From assembly GCA_043228905.1 (NCBI GenBank), contig JBHGNT010000006.1:4836001-4900000 (forward strand): 64,000 bases of DNA. Direction: 5' to 3'. A program made the position numbers and the translations under genes. Source of the DNA: Azolla caroliniana (lineage: Eukaryota; Plantae; Polypodiophyta). The number at the start of each line of letters is the position of its first letter. Position 1 is the first letter of the stretch. This document shows positions 33,859 to 44,694 of the stretch, piece by piece. The notes under the pieces were generated by a model. The model ran no database searches and was not told the origin of the DNA. It was given only the letters and a program-made list of their open reading frames with translations.

Positions 33859-36543
33859 AATGGCTTTCACCGTGCTTAACCACTCATTATCTTCTTCTTC
33901 TCCTCCTAAAATCCTTCTTCTTCCTCCTCCTCCTCGCCTTCTTCCCCTTCGTCTTTCTTGGCTAACTTTGTGACGCCATGGAGTGCCTCCGCTGCTGCGT
34001 CCACGCAGACAACAAGGACGAATCAAAGCAAAAGCTCACGTTTTCTACGTATTTTGATGCTCGGACAAACGACAGATCACACTCATAATTCCTTTAATGG
34101 AAACTATATAAGCAAACGGATTGTCGATAGTCGTAGTAAGACTGTTAAGATGGCAGCAGCTGTGGACCCTTCTTCTTCTTCTTCTATTTTTGTTAATACG
34201 CAAGTGAAAGGAAAATCTGATTGGAACCACGCCCAAGAAATGGTAGAAGAACTGAAGAGAGAGAGAGACTGAAACTCCAGTGAAACGCCTCAACCTTATT
34301 ATCAACACCATGGTAGAGAGAATTTGTGCAGGTCTGGCCGTGGAAGGAGGAAGTAAAGACTATAAAATGATCGTGACTTTGTTGATGAGCTACTTTCCGG
34401 GTACATATTCCCTTGGTGTTCAATCTTGCTGTGATGCTCCTTTTCTTATGCTCTCTTGAGTTTTCTTAGCGCTTAGATTATTGAAACTCTCTGCAGCAAA
34501 CAGAAATGAGAGAAGGAATTTTTATGTTCGTGATCAATTTTTAGTACTTAGATTTTTGAAACTTTCTGCAACAAACAGAAAGGAGAGAGGAAATTTCTAC
34601 GCCTTGGACCTTGGTGGAACCAATTTTCGCGTCTTTCTTAAGTCTGCACGTGAAGGGAAAACCTCCTCAATCTGAAGATAGACAGATGGAAGAAGCCACC
34701 ATTCCTTCAGAGATTAGGTTGGAACTCATGAGGTTTGCTTCTCTACTGACCACCTTTTGCATATATGGTATGTGAAATAAATGGGTTTAGAAATTTCATC
34801 ATGAACTTATGAGGTATCTCCATCTTTCTTTCTATAATGAGATTTTGCTTAAAATTAAAAATTTTCATCTTGAACTCATGATTTTAGTTTTTCTGCTTCC
34901 ATCTTTCTTTAAGCGACGTGAAATGTTTTTGTTTAGCAGATTTACACATTGAACTTGACCTAGATAGCGTACCTCTATTCTATTTATAAGATGTGAAATG
35001 ATTTGTATAGGCCTTAGTAACTGATCAGATTTTACATATTCTTCCATACAGGAGCTTCTTGATTTCCTGGCAGGCAAACTTGGTTCCTTTGTGGCAAATG
35101 AAAGCAGAGATTTCGCACCATTGCCAGGTCAAAAACGAGAGTTTGGCTTCACTTTCTCGTTCCCTATAGATCAAACATCAATTGCTCCGGGGAAAACTGA
35201 TTAAGTGGACAAAAGGATTTCATGTGGAGGGAACGGTTAGTCAATTTGAAATGATAACTTCCTAGTTAAAAGTTCTCTATATTGTACCTCCCAATTAGTT
35301 CGTTCCACATGTTAAGAGCATGTTTTAATGATAAATTTAAAGCAAAGACTTGAAAACCGAAGTCATATGAGGTAAGGAAATGGGGTTTCACATCAGCAGA
35401 TAACAAATACTTGCTTCCGTTACAATATGAAAAATGATAGTTATTCAGGCAGCTGGAGTAAGAAGCTCTCTAGATGCTAATATTTACATGGATCCAAACT
35501 GAGGATTTTGTGGAAGCCCGTAAGCATGGAAAACAAGTTGGGAATAAGGAAGAGTTATTTTTGGAGTTGTGTGATGAGATCAAAGTCATTAGAGTTGACA
35601 GGGAGCTTATGCCCCATAACCTCTCAAATGGTTAGTCTAGATCAAATGTCATCCAATGTGCAATACATGAATTCCTCCTACTTCCTGGTCATGCTTGAAT
35701 TCATCAGTAGAGAGACCTTCCTCATTGTGTGTCATTCTCCTCATGGAAAAACGTGGTCTAGCAAACAACACCTGAATCTATTTCATAGTGCATAAATTTA
35801 GTTATTAATGTCATTCCATACTTGGTTTTACTGCATATCTGGGACTCATTTGATTTGACAAACAATCTCAAATTTAACTTTATGCTGGTTGACAGGCTGG
35901 CAAGTTGTTCAAGCATTAAAGGAAGCCATGGCACGCCAAGGACTTGATATGATCGTCAGTGCTCTGGTAATCAAAATTTATATCACATATGTTCCTCCTT
36001 TTGTGTTTGTCTTCTTGGCTATATGTATGCATTAACATATAGTTGGTGTATATTGATACTGATGGATGCATATTCAAGATATCTTGTATCTTTTTTGTAC
36101 CACCCCTCAATAGTCATTATTATTTCCTGGACATTTCTTGCATATATTTTACCTGAACAGGGCTGATGTATCATGCATCGAAGGGCCACAATGGGTTTGC
36201 ATATGTGTGGTATATGTGTTTTATCATCCATCGTTGGCTTTGTAGCAATATCAGCACGGGTGTTCACTGAATGTATTTAACTTAAGAAGGGTTTATGCAT
36301 CAGTCACTTAGGGTATGACCAAGGATCTCAGGATTCCAGGGTTCCTCTAAAATTACTTCAACATTGTGTTTCCTAAAGCAGCAGTTCCCTAACAGCACCT
36401 GGTTTTTTGGTTTTTATGGTTAGTAGATAAATGATACTGTTGGAACACTAGCTGTGGCATCCATGGGAACATCTGAAGATGAAGAAATTCTGATTTCCAT
36501 TAGACTTGGAACAGGAACAAATGCATGCTATGAAGAATCTATC
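33859..36543 (+). pseudogene. Hexokinase pseudogene (plastid-type N-terminus), frameshifted and 3'-truncated
   Basis: Intron-separated hexokinase motifs FYALDLGGTNFRV, REFGFTFSFPIDQT, LIKWTKGF, EAMARQGLDMIVSAL and INDTVGTLA...LGTGTNACYEE. There are frameshifts and stops, and similarity ends abruptly at about 36543. Confidence 0.85.
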
Positions 36544-36850
36544 AAACAGCACCAACAGAGGTCAGAGATGGTAGCGGAGGAAGAGAAGAAAAGAAAAGAA
36601 AAGAAAAGAAAAGAAAAGATGGAGAAGGTCGCGATTCTTCTGCCTAACATCATGTGTCTCATTCCTCTTCTTCTTCTTTCTGCTGTTTGTGGATCGACGA
36701 CAAATCTCTGCAGAAAATTCTAAAGCTTACATAAATAAAACTATAGTTTTTATAGCCTATGAATAAGCTTTGTTTGAAACGTTTCATGGTGTAGTTGGTT
36801 ATCGCATCCGTCTTACACACTGAAGGTCTGTGGTTCGAACCCAGGCAAAG
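36543..36850 (+). repeat. Diverged duplicate of 29424-29817 (region upstream of the receptor kinase plus tRNA-Val)
   Basis: Shared blocks caaacagcaccaacagagg, gaaggtcgcgattcttctgcctaacatcatgtgtctcattcctcttc and gatcgacgacaaatctctgcagaaaa, followed by the tRNA. Confidence 0.9.
36781..36850 (+). pseudogene. Degenerate tRNA-Val copy (anticodon changed to TAC; acceptor, anticodon and T stems mutated)
   Basis: gtttcatggtgtagttggttatcgcatccgtcttacacactgaaggtctgtggttcgaacccaggcaaag aligns to 29745-29814 with stem-disrupting substitutions. Confidence 0.8.
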
Positions 36851-37625
36851 TTCTAGGAACAGTGTTCGGGTTAGGTTAGGACATTTGCCGGCAATTGTGG
36901 GGGAGAGCCGGAACTCATTCTGACCAGAAAACTATAGTTTTTGTAAAAAAATGAAATAAACGATTTTATGTTTATTGAATTCCCGTTTTGTAAAAAAATG
37001 AAAGTAAAAGTAAAACGATTTTATGTTTATTGAATTCCCTCTTTTCCCTCTCTTTTTTCCCTCTCTTTGAGTGTGACAGTGTCTGTCATCTGATTTTCTT
37101 CTGGTCGCTTGGCACTCCTCCTTGCTCCTTCCTCTCTTCTCCAAGCTCGCTGATTATTATGCTCGAAAAACAGAAGAAGGGTGTAGATCTTTTTCCGATT
37201 CATTTTTTTCTTCTTGCTCGGTCGAACTAGTAGCATTAGATATTTGCTTTGTCAGAAACTTCATGTGGTGCTCTTGTCATCTGCTTTCCTTCTGCTCGCT
37301 GATTGGGCGACATCTCCAGCTCGTTGCTCTAAGGTATCTCTCGCTCTCTCTCTCTCGATATGTTTATGTTGCTATTATTCTTGGTATGTCTCTCTCTCTC
37401 TTAATCTTTGTGCACCCATTTGTGTTGTCTCATACCTCTCTCTCTCTCTCTCCATATGTTGCTATTACTCTTGGTATGTCTCTCTCTCTCGTACCTTTGC
37501 AAAAAATATGTTAATGTAGGAACTAGAGAGAGTGAGAGAGAGAGAGATCAGCAGAACTAGCTTCCCTTTCCTCCACTCAACAAGTGGCCTTATCAGTGTC
37601 TGTCTCGGGGTATCGATTATACTGA

Positions 37626-38003
37626 ATGGCAATGACTATGCCACCAGTTGTGAAGCCTGCAAAGTTGGGTTTTGAAGAACCACAAGAGGCAATGCACAAG
37701 ATTTGTATCACTCTTTCATCAAGGAGTATTAAAAAGTTAGAAAAAATTTGTGCTGATTTGGTTCGTAGCGCCAAGGAGAAGATGTTTAAAGTGAAAGGAC
37801 CTATCAGAATGCTTACCAAGGTGCTTCACATTACAACTCGCAAGTCTCCTTAGGGTGAAGAAACAATCATATTTGACAGGTTTGAGCTCTGAGTGCATAA
37901 AAGGGTAATTGACCTCCATAATTCTTTCAAGGTTGTTAAACAGATTACCTCCATCACAATTGAACCTGGAGTGAAAGTAAAGGTTACTATTGCAGAGCCT
38001 TGA
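37626..38003 (+). pseudogene. RPS20: 40S ribosomal protein S20 (uS10) pseudogene, intronless
   Basis: HKICITLSS...LEKICADLV...[22 protein letters not shown]...[14 protein letters not shown]...[14 protein letters not shown]. Full length with two in-frame stops. Confidence 0.9.
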
Positions 38004-38201
38004 AACGTTATACTTAATGTCTTATTTTACTTTTGACCTTTAGGGTATTGCTTTTTCTACTTCTTTTTAATAGTTTATTGAATTCTGATGTGTTTTTATG
38101 TTCTTGATGTAACTCCCTTAATGAGCCTTTGGTATAGACTCAATTTTGATTTTGCTCTGAAAAGCTCTTTCTATATGTTTGTTAATTGTCATGGTAGCAT
38201 T

Positions 38202-38233
<32 letters not shown>

Positions 38234-39051
38234 TATTTATTAGATAATTGCAGCTTTTTCTTCCAGCAAGAAATGGAGCTTTCCATAATTGGGTTACAAA
38301 ATGCTGGAAAGACATCTTTGGTGAATGTGATAGCGGTAACATTTTTTTTTTCCCATAAAAATATCCTCCGTTGGTATTAACATAAAGTGGCCCAATGCAA
38401 TATACAAAATAGTCCACTATTACAAAGAAAATTGCAACATAATTAACTAGAAAACTATAGAAAACTATTGAACGCTCGTGTAGCTTCAACAGTCTCAACA
38501 ACACGGAGTTCAAAAACCCCCATCTTTTTACAAGCTGAATATGGATTTTTGGCCTTTATTAGTGTAGTCTATGCCACCTATATTGCTCAGCATCTCTTCT
38601 ATTTTGATGCAATTTGATAGCGTCATATGTCATTCTATATCTCACATAATGCCTGCCAAAGGACAATGAATGACAGCTCATTTTGATTATCCAACTTCTC
38701 CAAAGCATGCCTCAGCCCTGCTTCCAAGGTTCACAAAATGAGATTACGTCTATCTAACATGCATATAAAATCAGGCACCTTTAGAACTCCCTGCAATCTG
38801 AATACAACTTTGCCGTGAATTCCAATGTTTGTTATAAAAAAATGTATGCTGATGATAGCAACATGTAGAGCTTGGAACCAAAGTGATATAGATTTTCACA
38901 GTTTTCTTCCCCATCACCTACAACAAAGAAAAGAGGAAAACACTCTCCAAATCTGAAAATTAATAAACACATAAGCAATTCTCCCTTTCACTCCCTAGAA
39001 ATGCTTCATCCTCCATTAAAATCATCCATCTCTTCCACAAATTTAGATGAA

Positions 39052-39095
<44 letters not shown>

Positions 39096-39107
39096 TATAT
39101 ATATATA
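39052..39107. repeat. (TA)n microsatellite
   Basis: Seen directly. Confidence 0.95.
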
Positions 39108-39666
39108 CATTTTTCCCCTTTTCCATCTATAAGGACGGCTTCCCCAAACAAAGTTGTCCTTATAACATCAACCATGTCGATGACGGATATCACCCACATG
39201 ATGTACCTACGGTAACATTATTAGATGAAGTTTTGAATTTGATACCTACAGTAACAATAATTGGAGTGATTATGATGAACATGTTTTGGACATTGTATTT
39301 GTAGACTCGTGGATATAGTGAGGACATGATCCCTATGGTAAGCTCTTACCCTTGTTTGAAAGCTTACAATGATATGTTGAAAAATAAAGTTGGTTTGAGA
39401 GAGAAATTAATTAGGCAGTTTCAAGCTTGTTATACCTCACAAGTTTAATGTAATTTGAGTTTATAAAGGGTTGAAATAGGGATGGCATTGTATATATTGT
39501 AGGTTGGGCTGCCATTCTTTGTTTTTTATCTAATATATTATCTGAAAGTGCTTAAATCAACAACGAAATACAATAAGATTAATTGGAAAATATCAGATGT
39601 GAACAGTTTATGCTTGAGACCTAGATGACTAAATGAAAGGAAACTTGTATTATCATGTGGGAATTG

Positions 39667-40768
39667 AATTGGCATGCGTTTCAATGGCGAATTGAATTTG
39701 GACCATTTGACGTGACCAAATTAAGCTAAATGGTCCCAAGGAAAATCAAGTAATCTTCCTCTTTTGATAAGGTTTAGTTGGTATTATTGCATCGTATATG
39801 GGTCTTCATTTACATTGGTCACGCAAGGGTTTAGTGATGGATCAAAAGTTTAGTGATGATTATTTATTATTTGGTCATTTATTATATTGGTGATTCATTC
39901 TTAAGATGGATCAGGAGCAGTAGCACTCCATCCACTCACATCATCCATGGTAGAGTCCTGCTTCACGATGACATGTGACGGAAAGACTGTCGCAGAACTA
40001 TCACTCGTCTCAATGGACCTTGGAAGATGTAGAAGAGTGGTGGCATCAGGTCTAGGATGATCTTGTCCATGATCAACGTTTCTTGGAACACTGAAATAAG
40101 GATTATGGTCCTGAATCCTGATCTATTATATTGCTTGGATGATTGAAACTAGGGTTAAGTGGATTGGAAATAGGGTTAGGGTTGTAATCATCAAGATTAA
40201 TTACATGTAAATCGAGGAGTGGGTTTTGATCAACAAGATCAATGAGGTCGAAATCACCAAAAAGATTGTGATCATCAAGGGCATCTATATTAAAACTAGG
40301 GATAGAGTTCGTCATCCGCATTGGTTGGATTGGAAGTAGGGTTACCATGGAGGACAATCATATCAAAACTAGGGATTATAGAGTGGACATCCACATTGGT
40401 TGGATTGAAAGTAGGGTTATCATGGAGGCGAGGGGGTTTATTGAAAGCGGCGGCGGCGGAGGAGGGGCGGCAAGAGTCGGCGTGGCATCGGGAGGCTGGC
40501 AATCAGCTTTGGGGAGGCTAGCGGTTGCAGGTGCCGCACTTGTAGCTGGGCTGCAGTGAGACACAGGTCCTGGAGTTGTTGAAGTAGCGGAAGGGAAGGA
40601 TGTGGCGCTGGTGTCGTTGTGGCAGTGCTTGCATGTCGGCTTCAGCTTCCTGTAATACTCTTTACTCACCTCCTCCTCCTCCATCACTTCTTTTCTTTTC
40701 TTCATATAATAAATAAATAAAACCCCCTCTGCTTCTGTTTGTTTCTGTTTGCCCTTTAATTAAACCCT
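39667..40768 (-). pseudogene. Inverted, internally deleted and frameshifted copy of the Dof-like gene at 41545-43461, including its 5' and 3' flanks
   Basis: The reverse complement matches about 41473-41716, part of 41900-41990, about 42240-42580 and about 43375-43817. A 5-nt duplication (ccttc) frameshifts the zinc finger. Confidence 0.88.
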
Positions 40769-40786
40769 TTTCTTTATACTAAGAAG

Positions 40787-41409
40787 GAATAAATTTATGA
40801 ATATGTATCTCAAAAAAGTGTATAAGCCCTAAATTAATTTCTCCCACAAAAATTATATATATTGTGAAATGCACATAAGACATAAGACACCACAATATGT
40901 ATCCTCGAAACATTAAAACAAGAAGCGCTGAATTGAGCAGCCTGATGTTGTGATCGTGTGCCTGGTCCAAAAATTTTCATACAAGTCTATATGTAGTTAT
41001 AACTTATTATTATGAGAAGTTTGCTTTCCTAAGAAAACGAAGGTGGTGACTAATGGTGGGTGGTTGTGTGTTTGATGTAGAAATGATGATGTGGTAGAGC
41101 TGCTGGACGTGGCAACGCAGTAGAATAAAATTATGAATATGAATCTCAAAAAAGTGTGTAAGCCATAAATTAGTTTCTCCCACAACAATTATATATATCT
41201 TCGAAACATTACAACAAGGAGTGAATTGAGCAGCCTGATGTTGTGATCGTGTGCCTGGTCCAAATTTCATACAAGTCTATAGTTATAACTTATTATTATG
41301 AGAAGTTTGCTTTCCTAAGAGAACGAAGGTGGTGACTAATGGTGGGCGGTAGTGTGTTTGACGTAGAAATGATGATGTGGTAGAGCTGCTGGGCGTGTGG
41401 CAACGCAGT
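40787..41409. repeat. Tandem pair of units of about 290-335 bp between the divergent Dof-like copies, with a third partial copy at about 30499-30650
   Basis: gaataaa(a/t)ttatgaatat...gagcagcctgatgttgtgatcgtgtgc...gtggtagagctgctgg...gtggcaacgcagt occurs at 40787-41121 and 41123-41409. Confidence 0.88.
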
Positions 41410-41544
41410 GTCAAAGCCGACGTGAACACTAAAAAGCAACGAGCGTTCTCGGCTCATGCGTTTTCCAGGGGGAGGAAAGGGTTTAAAGAGCAAACAGAAA
41501 CAAAAAGAAGAAGCAAGCGTTTATTTATTTATGTATTTATTAAT

Positions 41545-43461
41545 ATGAAGAAGGAAGTGATGGAGGAGGAGGAGGAGGTGAGGAAAGAGTATTACAGGAA
41601 GTTGAAGCCGACGTGCAAGCACTGCCACAACGACACCGGCTCCACGTCCTTCCGATACTTCAACAACTCCAAGACCTGCGTCTCCCTCCAGCCCCGCTAC
41701 AAGTGCGGCGCTTGCAAGCACTACTTCTCGCTCCGCTTGAGCCCCCACAAGAAGAACCCCGCCCGTCAACCTCAGCCCCTCTCCTCCCACTGCCCACGCG
41801 GCCGCCGCCCCAAATACCATGGCCCGGACCCCCACGCAGCTGAACCGCCCGCCGCCACCTCCGCCACCTCCGCTGAGAGAAAGCCTAGGAGCAAACGAGC
41901 CAAAGCTGATCGCCAGCATCCCGATGCCGCACTGCCTCTTGCCGCCCCTCCTCCTCCTCCGCTGCCGCTTTCAAAAAACCTCCTTGCCTCCTCCTCCCCC
42001 TCCGCTGCTCATACCACCTCCAACCTTGGTTCTAGTACCCTCGCCCCTCTTCAATGGTCTGAATTCGTCGGATTAAACCCTAATTTGGGCCCGCTTCTAA
42101 CCGATCTTGCCATAGACCCCAGTTTTAGTCCCATAACTGCTATTGTTGCTCCTGCTGATCAACATAACCCTACCTCCATTCGCCCAATCCCTCACCAGGA
42201 TTACCCTACTCCTAATTTCAATCCAACCCTTCCTACCATCCCTAACCCTACTTTCAATCCAACCAATGTGGATGACCACTCTATCCCTAGTTTTTATATG
42301 ATTGCCCTCGATGATACTTCCAATCCAACCAATGCGGATGGCAACTCTATCCCTAGTTTTAATATAGATGCCCTTGATGATCACAATCCTTTTGGTGATT
42401 TCGACCTCATTGATCTCGTTGATCAAAACCCACTCCTCGATTTACATTTAATTAATCTTGATGATTACAACCTTAACCCTATTTCCAATCCACTTAACCC
42501 TAGTTTAAGTCATCTAAGCAATATAATAAATCAGGACCATAATCCTAATTTTAGTGTTCCAAGAAACATTGAACAAGATCATAATCCTAATTCTAACCCA
42601 AACCCTGATTTCACCACTCCACGTAATATTTATCAGAACCTTGACCCTTTTAATTCCAATCTTAATCCTAATTGCAGCTTAACTAATGTGGATTCTTATA
42701 ATCCTGACCCTAACTCCAGTATGATTAATTTTGATAGTCATAACTCCAGCCCTAATTTCAGCGCTCCAAGCAACCTTGATTCGAAATCTGAGCCTGATTT
42801 CAGTTCTCTGAGTGATATCTGTATTCCGAGAAACCTTGATCAGGAGCCTAACCCTATTTTTAACCCAATCCCTGACTTCCCCCTGATCTCAAACCCTAAT
42901 TCCATGATGTATTGGTTTTCTGTCGATTTAATATGCAGCGGCAGCGCAGAGTGTGGATCATTAATGGCGAATACTACAGGTGATAATGATTTGTTTGGAG
43001 CAATTAATGTTGCTAATCCTGCAGTGAACGCGACAACTCGAAATGGAGAATATTCTATATTGGGATCAAATGAAACTGCGAGTTGGAATTGGAATCAGCA
43101 TCAGGATCAGAATCAATGCATGAGTACTTTATATGATCCTAGTTACCATTATACGAATGGAGGAGTAAATGGCATGCGAAACCAATCCATGGATGCAGGG
43201 CTCAACGACAGGTTATATGAACTTACAGATGATCATCTCCATCATCAACGTGATCCTTTTGATTATTACAGAGACGTTGACATCCATTTGTCCTGGCCAG
43301 ATATAGGATGTATTGATCCTCCTAAGGGTATGGATGATTTGAAGCTTCCATGGATGGACAGCCCAGGAGGCCATGGACAGGATCAGCCTCGACGTGATGC
43401 CACCGCTCTACACCATCTTCCAGGGTCCATTGAGACGAGCGATAGTTCGAGGCCATCGTGA
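41545..43461 (+). CDS. Divergent Dof-like C2-C2 zinc-finger protein with Pro-rich and Asn-Pro repeat regions, single exon
   Basis: CKHC-x26-CGAC containing FRYFNN and QPRYKC, which match the Dof core F.Y.NN...QPR..C..C. The ORF is uninterrupted; the first ATG is at 41545. Confidence 0.72.
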   Translation: MKKEVMEEEEEVRKEYYRKLKPTCKHCHNDTGSTSFRYFNNSKTCVSLQPRYKCGACKHYFSLRLSPHKKNPARQPQPLSSHCPRGRRPKYHGPDPHAAEPPAATSATSAERKPRSKRAKADRQHPDAALPLAAPPPPPLPLSKNLLASSSPSAAHTTSNLGSSTLAPLQWSEFVGLNPNLGPLLTDLAIDPSFSPITAIVAPADQHNPTSIRPIPHQDYPTPNFNPTLPTIPNPTFNPTNVDDHSIPSFYMIALDDTSNPTNADGNSIPSFNIDALDDHNPFGDFDLIDLVDQNPLLDLHLINLDDYNLNPISNPLNPSLSHLSNIINQDHNPNFSVPRNIEQDHNPNSNPNPDFTTPRNIYQNLDPFNSNLNPNCSLTNVDSYNPDPNSSMINFDSHNSSPNFSAPSNLDSKSEPDFSSLSDICIPRNLDQEPNPIFNPIPDFPLISNPNSMMYWFSVDLICSGSAECGSLMANTTGDNDLFGAINVANPAVNATTRNGEYSILGSNETASWNWNQHQDQNQCMSTLYDPSYHYTNGGVNGMRNQSMDAGLNDRLYELTDDHLHHQRDPFDYYRDVDIHLSWPDIGCIDPPKGMDDLKLPWMDSPGGHGQDQPRRDATALHHLPGSIETSDSSRPS

Positions 43462-44694
43462 AGCGTGAAGCAGGAGTCTGATGCACCCACCATGGATGAT
43501 CTGAGTGGATGGAGTGCTACTGCTCCATGATCCATCTGTAAGAATGAATCATCAATCAAAAAATGACCAAATAATAAATAATCATCACAAAACTTTTGAG
43601 CCCTGGTCAATTTTGAGTGTTATTATTTATTATAAGGAGGCCCAAACGACGTCTTGTATCAACCCTTGCGTGACCAATGTACCTGAAGAACATATACCAT
43701 GCGATAATATGAACTGAACCTTATCAAAGGAGGAAGATTACTTGATTTTCCTTGGACCTTTTAGCTTAATTTGGTCACGTAAATGATTTTCCTGGGACCA
43801 TTGAATCGCATGCCAACTCCGAGGCTGGCCTTACCAACAAACAAATGCCACCAATCTATAGAAGAAACTAGGCTCGCCTAAATACCTACATTGCCTTGCC
43901 TCTCTCTAAGTGTGCGTGTGCATGATAGATATCCTAGAGAACCAACGAAATCAAAGTGACCCCTTGGCTATTGGCTACACGATTCTTTGTTCATTTTTGA
44001 AGTAAGTACAACTCATATTCTCATTGAGTAAGGTGCCTACTTATTCAATAAATCTTGGTAGAAATTTACATGGTGCATAACACAAACTAGATTTTCGATT
44101 CAGTCCTTGGATAATCTACAACAAAGCACTTGATTTGACAATGGCAAAGGGACTATTGTAACTTAGGCATAGGAAATCTTGAGTTATTATTATTCATAAA
44201 CTCTTCTTTCCGAATAAGGTTGCAACTTAACATTTGAATGCAATTTAAATTAAAAACTTGATGTTACACTAAGGGGGTTTGAAGATGACAAATTGAATTG
44301 AGTGAACCAATTTCTCCTTAGAAGATTATGTTGGATAGCTTAATTCCAATTGCTCCTTAGAAGATTAGATTGGGTCTCCGTGTTCTCTAAGTAATAAAAA
44401 AAGATGTTTTGATCTTTAATACACAATAGATGTAGAAATCAAGTCGACTATGGGGAGTTTGCAAGACAAGTTTCACTTGTGACCCACGAGAGAAGGTAAA
44501 AAAAGGCTTGTATGTAGATAAATATTCGAGACTAAAAACTCTCTTATTATTATTATTATTATTCTTCTTATCGATCAGCAATTTATAGGACTAAATAAAG
44601 TGAAATAAAATGTAAGCTTGGTGTTTTCGATCGTTTTCCCCGTATTCCTTTATTTTTTTCTGCACACACTGTGAGTATCGCCATCGCTATCGCC

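Noticed and set aside
38450-38920. Possible further gene fragment on the minus strand
   Set aside because: A splice-acceptor-like site is present, but there is no open frame or recognisable peptide.
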